Both the position numbers and the translations under genes were made by a program. From positions 194,060,001 to 194,124,000 of the forward strand of contig OX597815.1 in NCBI GenBank assembly GCA_951406725.2: a stretch of 64,000 nucleotides of DNA, written 5' to 3'. Of this stretch, positions 26,901 through 38,900 are shown in pieces. Under the pieces are notes generated by a model that had not been told where the DNA came from, searched no databases, and saw nothing but the letters and a program-made list of their open reading frames with translations. The first letter of the stretch is position 1, and each line of letters starts with the position of its first letter. Source of the DNA: Octopus vulgaris. Lineage: Eukaryota.

Positions 26901-29900
26901 CAGGCCTTGCTGCTTAATTAGAAATTATTAATTAGAGCAATAAATTGGCAGAATCTTGTGAGCGTTTGGCAAAATACTTTGCTGTATTTTGTCTTCTATC
27001 TTTTACTTGTTTCAGTCATTAGACTGTGGCCATACTGGGGCACTGCCTTAAAGAATTTTAGTTGGAAGAATCGACCCCAGTACTTATTATTTTTTTGTAA
27101 AGCCTGGTACTTATTCTATCAGTTTCTTTTGCTGAACTGCTAAGTTACAAGGATGTAAACACACCAACACTGGTCTTCAAGCAGTGATGGGGAGAGAACC
27201 ACACACATGCACGCGCGTGATGGGCTTCTTTTTATTTTCTGTCTACCAAATTCACTCACAACGCTTTTGTTGGCCCAAGGCTATAGTAGAAGATACTTGC
27301 CTGAAGTGCCACACATCGGGACTGAACCCAGAATCATGTGGTCGGGAAGCAAACTGCTTACCACCCAGCCACACTTGCACCTATCCAACCACACCTGCAC
27401 CTATCTTATTTGGTCGCATTCTCAGTTTAAATTTCACCTAGGTCAGCTTTGCCTTTCATCCTTTCAGGACTGAATTGTATATAGTTTCAGTCAAGTACTG
27501 GGATCCAAATTTCAGGCCTTGTATCTATTAGAAACAATTTTTGGCTGTAGGTTAGCAGAATTGTTAGATCATCATCATCATCATCATCGTTTAATGTCCG
27601 CTTTCCATGCTAGCATGGGTTGGACGATTTTGACTGACGGCTGGCGAACCAGATGGCTGCACCAGGCTCCAATCTTGATCTGGCAGAGTTTCTACAGCTG
27701 GATGCCCTTCCTAACGCCAACCACTCCGAGAGTGTAGTGGGTGCTTTTTACGTGCCACAGGCGGTACTGGCGACGACCTCGTTCGAATCTTTTTACACAT
27801 GCCACCGGCACAGGTGCCAGTAAGGCGGTGCTGGTAACGACCACGCTCAAATGGTGCCTTTTACGTGCCACCTACACAGAAGCCAGTTAGCCGCTCTGGC
27901 AACGATCACGCTCAGATGGTGCTCTTGGCACCCTACTAGCGCAGGCACAAGTGCCAGTGGTATTTATTCCAGTTCTGATTTCAAATCATGTTAAAATCAG
28001 TTTTACCTTTCATCCTTCCAGTGTTGATAAAATAAAGTATTATTCAAGTACTAGAGTCAGTTTAATCAACTAAAGTAGCGGGGATGGGGGGAGCTTCGAA
28101 ATGGGTCTCAGGGAATAGTGTCCCTGCCTTCCTGAGCTAGTTATTTCTTAAAAATAGCGTCCCTGCCTTCCTGAGTTATTTCTTAAAAATAATGGCAGAG
28201 GCCTTGGCCTCGGAACCACTCATGTCTAGAAACTGAGGTTGGGGGTATGCAAGAGCATGTTCCCCATGGAAAATCCAATTCCAAAAAAGCCTCATAGTAG
28301 CAAAGGAGAATGGTCACCAGCCAGCCCAAAGGTTGTAGTGGGCTACACCTGCCTACCTCAGTTGCTATGGCATTGAAGTAGATCCAGCCACCCCCATTAA
28401 CAGATACAAAACCCAGACTGAAAACACGGGATGATGATGATAATGATGATGAAACCCCTCTCCTGTGTATTTCTGGAAGCAATTATTCTTAATATTATTA
28501 TTTTGGGGATGGTCATAGTTTTTGCCAATTAACCATGTGTATTATGTATGCGTTCTTCATTTCAGCTTTATTACTCATTATATTTTAGCGTCGTTTGTGT
28601 GAAATCTTTTTGTCACACATCCTGCGACCTCCTTGGTGACCTCTTCATCCCACCTCTCTCCTCCTGTCTTGTTTAGCCCATTCTGTCTTTCTGTGCTGTC
28701 TGTTCTTAACTGTGCATGTGTTTTGCGTCTATATCTCAGACTGACTAAACAAAACAGGAGGGGGACACATGGGTTGGAGAGTTGCCGAAGAGGTCACAGG
28801 AAGTGTGAGGAAACATTTCAGAGCAAGGACACTAAAATAACAATAATAATAAAGATGAAGGGAAGACTAAGTACATACTGTGTGTGTGGGGGGATAATTG
28901 GCAAAATAATGAAAAACAATATGACCATCATTAAATATTAGTTTCAACACACGATTTCACATCAGAAATCTTGGATAACAAATATCATACATAAACGTAA
29001 GAATTATTATTATCTTACGCAAAATGTAGATAATGGATTAACTTTTTAAAAACCCACCTCTACTATGTTGTTTATTTAACTTGTATATCATCATCATCAT
29101 CATCACTTAACATCCATATTCCATTCTGACATGGGTTACCCTATTTAACATTCATTTGGTTTTTTTTTTTTTTATTCTTGCAAGAATGGAATGGTGTCTG
29201 CAAATTCGGTTATTCTTATACGTTTGGAGGATTTTTATTTTTAATGTTTTTTTAATGGGTGCTAATTACTTGGTTATGAAGTTGAGGTGAGATCTAATGT
29301 CTAGAAAGCAGCCTGAAGTAAGTAGGTTCAGTATGCCTTAGCTCAATGCTCAAGACTGTTGGTGCTGAATCAAAGAGCTATTCAGTTCTGTTGTTGAACC
29401 TGCTCGGCAGTTAAGTCTTCCTACACAAACTCCTTGCTGTCTTTAAAACGAGAAACTGTATATTTAAGCAATGTATCTTTGGAAAGCTTGACTCATTATA
29501 AGGACGTTGCAGCAATGTCAGAATACACTCCGTTTATAATTTGTCTGATTATCTACCTCAGAAGTTCTCAACATGGGTGGTAGAGTGCCCCCACTCCCAC
29601 CAAGAGGGCACTGGGCATGTTGAAGAGGGCTTTAGGCTTTAGGGAGTGTTAAGGTAACATAACATATTAAATTTTACCTATAGTATTAATTATATTGTGC
29701 ATGATAAAACTAGTAATAGTCATTAAAATAAAATGAGATCTCGTCAGGCACAGGGAAGTCATTAACTTGCAATGTGTAAATTAAATTTATAATTTTTGTC
29801 TTTATTAATTTTTTATCATTTAAATAAATAAATAAATTTATTAATCCAATTTACACTGAATATTTTTTTATCGATTACAATAAGTAAAAACTATGAAAAA

Positions 29901-32900
29901 ATTTTTTCAAAAATTGCATAAAATATCAGATTAAGCCCTTTGGCAGCTTGGCTGATGAAGGCAAGTTGGTTGGAGGTCAAAAATTTAAAAAATTAATAAG
30001 TAAATAATTATAAATTCATTGTTAAAAGCTTATACAATCCATTTTTAGTGTAAAATGAAAAATTATCATCAATGTTTAATTTAGTCGTGACACCATGCTC
30101 ACTAACTCGTTAGGTGGGCAAGAGGCATAACAGCTGTTTGAGGTTCTCATTCTGTGTGGTACTTCCCCCAAAGGAAGCACTAGGCATTTTGAAGAGGGCA
30201 TTAAGATTTAGGGAGCGGTAAGGTAACATAATTAACATACTAAATTTTACCCATAGTACTAATTATATTGTACATGATAAAACTAATAATGATTATTAAA
30301 ATAAAATGAAATCTCATCAAGCACAAGAAAATCATGAACTTGTAATATGTAAATTAAATTTACAACATCTGCCTTTCATCATCATCATCATATGTCCGCT
30401 TTTCATGCTAGCATGGGTTGGATGATTTTGACTGAAGGCTGGCGAACCAGTTGGCAGCACCAGGCCCCAATCTTGATCTGGCAGAGTTTCTACAGCTTGA
30501 TGCCCTTCCTAACGCCAACCACTCCGAGAGTGTAGTGGGTGCTTTTTACGTGCCATCGGCACAGGGGCCAGTTAGGTAGTACTGGCAATGACCTCGCTCA
30601 AATCTTTTTACACGTGCCAGTGAAGCAACGTTGTTCACTTTTAAAAGCTGATACAATCCATTTTTAGAGTAAAATTTATAAATTATCCATGTTAAATTAG
30701 TTTAGTCATGATAATCTCACTCACCACTCAGGTGGGCATGATGCATAACAAATACTTAAAAGGTGGGGAGAGTGCTACAATTAAAAAAAAGAGGGTTTAG
30801 AACCATTGATCTATCTTTTCACCATTGGTCTACTCCAACTCCATGCGGAGTTGAAGCACTGTTTGAAATCAGGAATATGTGACCAGTAACCAAATTTCAT
30901 TTCTGTACATTGTATTTCATATTATATATGGAAGAAAGGGTTGAAATATGTTTTTGCTTTTATAACTATCCCTTTCATTGCTTGTAACTGTCTTGTTTAA
31001 ACTATTTCAGATGAGAGACTGCCTGCAGACCAAACAAACCTCCCAAGCCATTTGGAACAGATGTTGTCTATACTCCAGCAAGAAGAGCAGACATGTGAAT
31101 CGGGTAGTACTGGGCCTTGCATGGAGTACATGCTTCACCACAAGCTGTTGGAGACTCTTTACACACTGGGCAAGAATGATGTAAGTACTCTTGCAACTTA
31201 GTAACATGTAGGAAGACCTCATGTTTTCAGTCCTACCAACCTGTTAGCTCTCCTTCTCTTCCTTTTCTTTGTGATTTGCTTTTTTTCCCTGTGGATTATC
31301 AGACTTTCAGCTGTTTTTCTGTACCTGTCTGGTTTTACTTATTTCTTGTGTTTTTGTTCATTTTTTTTTTTTTTCTCTTCTTACCTCTAGAGTCCACCTG
31401 GAATGAAGCAAGTTGTTCTGTCATTTTTCACACGACTTTTGACTCGGATCAAGCAGCCTCTTTTACCACATATCAATGTTCACAGAGCTGTACAGGTAAG
31501 GTTTTTGTGGTGTTGGTTCTTTACTCGAAATGAAAGGAAAGCACTCTCTCATAATTTAGCATTTTTCCCTTGTTATCATTTAACCCCGAGTCAGTCCTAG
31601 GCAAATAGAACTATGATCATCAACATTTAAGCAATGACGTCCTAACTTTTTTAAACATAGTTTATCTCATCCCACATCATCTGCTATGTCTTTCCTATTT
31701 TAAAACATTTGCAATAAAAGTTTTCCTTACTATGCTTGCAGCATGTGAAAATTGGTAAACTAGTTGTAGTGAAAGGTTATTTTAAACCATTGCATTATAT
31801 AAAAGAAATATTTTATCATTTGGTGAAACTGAAATTTTATCTTTTTTCCTTTCTTTCAAATTTTGTATAGCGATTGATTAAAATATGTGGTGAAATTAAG
31901 TCTGGACCATCTGAAAATGAAGAAATTCAGTTTTTGTGTACATTATGTGCCAAAATCAAGTCTGATCCGTACTTAGTAAACTTCTTTTTGGAGGTGAGTA
32001 TAAATTTTTATTCACATATGCATGTACATACATGTGGAAGTGCAATGACCCAGTGGTTAGGGCAGCGGACTCGCGGTCGGAGGATTGCGGTTTCGATTCC
32101 CAGACTGGGCATTGTGTGTGTTTATTGAGCGAAAACACCTAAAGCTCCACAAGACTCTGGCAGTGGGGGGTGTGACCCCTATTGTACTCTTTCACCTTAA
32201 CTTTCTCTCACTCTTTCTTCCTGTTTCTTGAGTAACGCTGCGATGGACTGGCGTCCCATCCAGCTGGGGGGAACACATACGCCACAGAAACCGGGAAACT
32301 GGGCCCCTGAGCCTGGCTGGGCTTGAAAAGGGCACATAATTAAAAATAAAAATGTACATACATACATGCATGGCTCAGTGGTTAGAGCGTTGAGCTTACG
32401 ATCGTAAGGTTGTGAGTTCAAATCCCAGACCGGGCTGCGTGTTGTGTTCTTGAGCAAGACACTTTATTTTACGTTGCTCCATTTCACTCAGCTGTAGAAA
32501 TGAGTTGCGACATCACAGGTGCCAAGCTGTATCGACCTTTGCCTTTCCCTTGGATAACACTGGTGGTGTGGAGAGGGGAGGCTGGTATGCATGGGCGACT
32601 GCTGGTCTTCCATAAGCAACCTTGCCCGGACTTGTGCCTTGGAAGGTAACTTTCTAGGTGCAATCCCATGGTCAGTCATGACCGAAGGGGGTCTCATACA
32701 TACATACATGCATGCATAGCCAAATAGTAGCACATTTTCAACAAAATATATAGTATGCATATATTTGAATGTTTTTTCATGTGCCACCAGCACAAGTGCC
32801 AGTAGGGCGACACAGATAACGATCACACTCGAATGGTGTTTTTACGTGCCACTGGCACAGAGACCAGCTTGGTGCTCTGGCAATGATCACGCTCGTATGG

Positions 32901-35900
32901 TACTGGCTGAATAACTTTATACGTGTAGTTGTTAGATCTGACTGTAAAAGGTTGTGCCTTGCAGATGCCAGACAACTGTGGTAGCTGCTATGAAACATGT
33001 GGCAGAGGGGAAAGACATGTATTCAGTGCTTATTCCCCACAATAAAAAGAAATATATGACTGTTGTATACATGTTGGCAACAGAAAGAGCATCTTAATAT
33101 AAACATCTTGCGCAATTTCAGAGATTTATTATTGGCGTTGGAAAAGGCCATTTAGAAGGCCTCCACGATGATGGTAAACAATTTAGTCAAGCAATTTGGG
33201 TCAAGTCAAAAAACAAAATGGCACAATCAAGACAGTTGGAAGTGCATTGTGACCAGCAATGTATAACAGCATCTGATGTCCTGGTTGATGCTGTGATTGT
33301 GCAGGAGCAAGATGTGGAGATGAATGCTGTTGTTTCCATGCCAGTTTTGGATGCTGAGTATAAAGCTAACATTCATGATAATTTGAACAAAAGAATTGCT
33401 TTAAATTATTTCAAGGTTAAATTTTCATTTCACCTTTTTTTTTTGTTTTTGTTTTGTTTAGGTCCCCAAGAATTCAGAAGGACCAAAATATGCACAGCTT
33501 TCCCCTTTGTCACAAATGGGGCCAAAGTCATCAAAGCGTTCCTTAGAATATTCCATTGTAAATTCATTGTTAGCGATGTGCTCCAGTGAGGTATGTTTCA
33601 CTATAAACTATCTTTTTTCTACTTTCATGTGTGTGTGTAGGGCAGCAGACTCGCGGTCGCAGGATCGCGGTTTCGATTCCCAGACCGGGCATTGTGAGTG
33701 TTTATTGAGCGAAAACACCTAAAAGCTCCACAAGGCTCCGGCAGGGGGCGGTGATCCCTGCTGTACTCTTTCACCACTCTTTCTCCCACTCTTTCTTCTG
33801 TTGGCCTGCTCGCTTAGCCAGCGGGGTGGCGCCATTCGAAGGCTAAAACAATGCGAATGCATTGTGACCAGCGATGTGTAACAACATCTGATGGTCTGGT
33901 CGGTCACGTGATCACGTGATATATATATATAGGGAGAGTTTACGAAAAAACAAAAGATGAAGACAGGTGGTGTGCAAAACAAACAGATGTATTAGTATAA
34001 TGCTCAGGAATAGAAAAAGTATTTTACGTTTCGAGCCTACGCTCTTCTACGGAAAGGGACACAGAATAAAAAACAATTAGAGAAAAAAATGTTTGTAGTG
34101 GCTAACGATCTATCATGGCAACTGATATATATATCTGCCAGCATGGAAGACAGATATTAAATGATGATGATGGCGATATATAGATACACATTTGCGCAGG
34201 CATAAGATGTGATTAAAAAAAGTTCACTTTCCAGTCACATGATCTCAAGTTCAGTTTCACTGCACAACAATTTGGGCAAGTGTCTTTCACTATAGCCTCA
34301 TGTCAACCAAAGCCTAGTGAGCAGATCTGGAGATAAGAAACTGAAAGAATCCTGTTTTATATATATATATCATCATCATCATCATCGTTTAACGTCCGTT
34401 TTCCGCGCTAGCACGGGTTGGACGGTTTCGACCGGGGTCTGGGGAGCTAGGGACTGCCCCAGGCTCCAGTCTAGTCTGGCAGTGTTTCTACAGCTGGATG
34501 TCCTTCCTAACACCAACCACTCCGCGAGTGTAGTGGGTGCTTTTTACGTGCCACCTGCACAGGTGCCAGAGGGGTCTGGCATCGGCCACGTTCGGATGGT
34601 GCTTTTTTTGTGGGGGGGGGGGGTGCAGAAATAGAGGGGAGCACCAGTGGGGAGGGGTGGTTCAGAGAAATGATGACAGGTTCTAGGCAAGTAGAACATA
34701 GGATATCAAGAGAGGGGTAATGCATGGTGAAATAGCGTATTGAAGAGGGGTTCGAAGAGTAGACACCTATAATGGTGGTGGGAGAAGCGACATCCGGTAT
34801 AGATGGAGCAAAAATATAGAGATATCCGGTGGTGGGGGTGGGCAGGGCGGGTGCACCGCGAATACACGATGGTTGATTATAGTCGAGAAGAGAAATGGAT
34901 AAATTAGTTAAAATAATTAGATAGATAGAGAAATTAGATAAAAATATTTAGATAGATAAGAAAGCATGTATGATCGATCGAGAAGTGAAAATAAATAAGC
35001 ATTCAAACTTATCTGCGCTCGGGTGCTAGATGAATGAATGAGAGAGCAAATGTATGGGGCTGCCTTTTTTAAGTAAAAATTGTCCGGAAGAGGAATTTTT
35101 GGACAAGGCGGAAGTGTATTAAAGGAACAGGCTTCAAGATGGCGAATACACGATGGTTGATTATAGTCGAGAAGAGAAATGGATAAATTAGTTAAAATAA
35201 TTAGATAGATAGAGACATTAGATAAAAATATTTAGATAGATAAGAAAGCATGTATGATCGATCGAGAAGTGAAAATAAATAAGCATTCAAACTTATCTGC
35301 GCTCGGGTGCTAGATGAATGAATGAGAGAGCAAATGTATGGGGCTGCCTTTTTTAAGTAAAAATTGTCCAGGAAGAGGAATTTTTGGACAAGGCGGAAGT
35401 GTATTAAAGGAACAGGCTTCAAGATGGCGAATACACGATGGTTGATTATAGTCGAGAAGAGAAATGGATAAATTAGTTAAAATAATTAGATAGATAGAGA
35501 CATTAGATAAAAATATTTAGATAGATAAGAAAGCATGTATGATCGATCGAGAAGTGAAAATAAATAAGCATTCAAACTTATCTGCGCTCGGGTGCTAGAT
35601 GAATGAATGAGAGAGCAAATGTATGGGGCTGCCTTTTTTAAGTAAAAATTGTCCGGAAGAGGAATTTTTGGACAAGGCGGAAGTGTATTAAAGGAACAGG
35701 CTTCAAGATGGCGAATACACTATGGTTGATTATAGTCGAGAAGAGAAATGGATAAATTAGTTAAAATAATTAGATAGATAGAGAAATTGGATAAAAATAT
35801 TTAGATAGATAAGAAAGCATGTATGATCGATCGAGAAGTGAAAATAAATAAGCATTCAAACTTATCTGCGCTCGGGTGCTAGATGAATGAATGAGAGAGC

Positions 35901-38900
35901 AAATGTATGGGGCTGCCATTTTTAAGTAAAAATTGTCCGGAAGAGGAATTTTTGGACAAGGCGGAAGTGTATTAAAGGAACAGGCTTCACGATGGCGAAT
36001 ACACTATGGTTGATTATAGTCGAGAAGAGAAATGGATAAATTAGTTAAAATAATTAGATAGATAGAGACATTAGATAAAAATATTTAGATAGATAAGAAA
36101 GCATGTATGATCGATCGAGAAGTGAAAATAAATAAGCATTCAAACTTATCTGCGCTCGGGTGCTAGATGAATATATATATATATATGTATATATATGCGC
36201 GCATGACTGGCTGTGTGGTAAGTAGCTTGCTTACCAACCACATGGTTCTGGGTTCAGTCCCACTACGTGGCACCTTGGGCAAGTGTCTTCTGCTATAGCC
36301 TCGGGCTGACCAAAGCCTTGTGAGTGATTTGGTTGACAGAAACTGAAAGAAGCCCATCGTATATATGTATATATATATGTGTATATATATGTGTGTGTGT
36401 GTATGTTTGTGTGTCTGTGCTTGTCCCCCCAACATTGCTTGACAACCGATGCTGGTGTGTTTACGTCCTCGTAACTTAGTGGTTTGGCAAAAGAGACTGA
36501 TAGAATAAGTACTAGGCTTACAAAGAATAAGTCCTGGGGTTGATGTTCCAGCATGGCCACAGTCAAATGACTGACAGAAGTAAAATAATATTTGAATAAA
36601 GATGTGTGTCATGTATGGAAGGGTGTGTTTGTTGTGTCTCTTTGTCTTGACGTTGTGCATTAGTTTAAATGAGCATGACTGTCAGGCATGAATATGATAT
36701 GATAAAGTACTCATGGTTCATCATCATCATCGTTTAATGTCCGTTTTCCATGCTAGCATGGGTTGGACAGTTCGACCAGGGTCTGGGAAGCCAGGAAGCT
36801 ACACCAAGCTCCAGTCTGATCTGGCAGTGTTTCTACAGCTTGGTGCCCTTTCTAATGCCAACCACTCCGTGAGTGTAGTGGCCATGATCGGTTGGTGCTT
36901 TTTATGTGCCACCGGCACAGATGCCAGTCAAGGCAGCACTGGCATCAGCCACGTTCGTATGGTGCTTTTTACATGCTACTGGCACGAGGCTCACAACTAC
37001 AATTTCCATTTGATTTTTATTTTGATGTTGACGTACTTGACTCAATACGTTTCCTCAAGCACAGCAGGTCACCCTACGATCCAAGGTTAGCAAAGCAGGC
37101 CGTCCTGCGAGCCATGAACTCACTTCATTTTTCGGGTCTTCGCAGTCACAGCATATCACAGCGGTCTCAGTCTTTCGCAGGTTCAAATCCCAATGTGTGG
37201 AACCTTAAGTATCTCCTATAGCTTTTGGTTGTCTAATGTCTTGTGTGGAATTTATTTAAACTAGTCTATACAAGTCATCATCATCGTTTTACATCTGCTT
37301 TCCATGCTATCATGAATATATATACTTACATGTATGTTTGTGTGTCTTTAAAAAATAGTGTCAAAAAATAAGCTATATTTATTCCAAAGTTCTTTATTTT
37401 AATGGTAATTTTATTTCTCCAAACAGGATGGAAGAGTTGCTGTGAAAGCTTGTGAAGGTCTAATGTTGTGTTCAAGTCTTCCAGAGAAATCTGCTGTTAC
37501 CTGTCTCATAGAAAATACTGACTTCTGTGCCAATCTGACCAACCGTCTCATTAAGCTCTACCAACGTTTACCTTCCACAGTCAATCCAGATGACCTAGAT
37601 GCAGTTTATGCAAAATGGGGGTAAATAAAGTTTGTATTTTTCATGACTACAACTGAAGTGTGTTTTGAACTTAGGATCAGACGGTCAAACTTTTGTGCCT
37701 CTGAGCAAAGCATATAAGCCTGCCTGTTCCTCTTTGTGTGAATGTCAAAGAATGGATAACAAGTTCCACTCTTACTTTATGGTGTAGTGGTTACAGGTAA
37801 GAAGATCATCCAGCTGTAAAACCTGTTGGTCTTGGCCAAAGAGACCAATTGAATAAGTACCGGGCATTAAAAAAAAAAAAGTACTGGGCTGTGTTGATTT
37901 ACTTGACTAAAAATTCTACTAGACGGTACCCCAGCGTGGCCACAACCTAATGACAGGAACAAGTAAAAAATTAAAAGATAAAAATGCATCTTCTATGCAG
38001 TCACTTGACCTGCTAAAAATAGCAACTAAAGGTCCTTTATGTTGCACCTTAAAAAGTAAATGGAGTTGGTGAATAAAGTGCCAGTCCAGTGTAATAGTTT
38101 ATCAGATTTGTGAGAGCATCAAATCCGAGTAGTTGCGTTCTGAGTTTCAAATTCCACAGATGTCCCTGGCTATTCATCCACCATGGGTCCTCAGCTAATT
38201 ATGAAAGTCTCCAGCCATTGTCACCAATGAGGATTATGGCTGTCAACTACTTCAGTTGTGTCTAGGTTGTAATGGATAAAAGTCTTTATTTTATTTTATT
38301 TTTTTGACTAACTTTCCATTTGTTTCTAATTTCCAATTATTATATATTTTCCAGGTTAGATGGAATATCTGAAATTGAAAACCAACAAACTTTTCCTGGT
38401 AAACGTAATGTTGTGTCCTTTCTCTCCTGGCTTGATTACTGTGATCAGCTTATCACTATTGCCAATCCTACAGTGGCTCGAGCTTTTGCTAAATTTATCT
38501 ACAACAACTTCCTCGTAGCATTCATTGAACCAGCCATCATGCAAACGTAATTGTATTTTCTTGTTTCGATTCAATTATTCTGTGCCAGTTTCCTCTTTTA
38601 ATCAAAACTAGCAGTATAGCCCAGTGTTCCTCGAGTTTGTTTTCTTTTTGACCCTTTAGAATTGGAATTTTTGAAAAGTAAAAATTTTGCATTATGTAGC
38701 TTGTTATTCTCTTTAAGTGAACATTTTTCTGGTTGAAATACACTGAAAAATGATGACACAGCAGTCAAAAAATTGTAAAAAATAGGGATTTTCATAGAAA
38801 AAAAGCACCTTTTTGATGTAAATAATTTTTGGTGTTAACATGGTCCGATTTGAATTTTATCTTCTACGGAAGGAAGAGCAAGCCTTCTTCTATCATACTC

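Noticed and set aside
28115-28192. Direct duplication of about 40 bp (gtccctgccttcctgag...ttatttcttaaaaata)
   Set aside because: Ordinary local slippage duplication with no further structure.
32033-32440. Possible tRNA genes
   Set aside because: A and B boxes are present but no full cloverleaf; both continue into SINE bodies found elsewhere.
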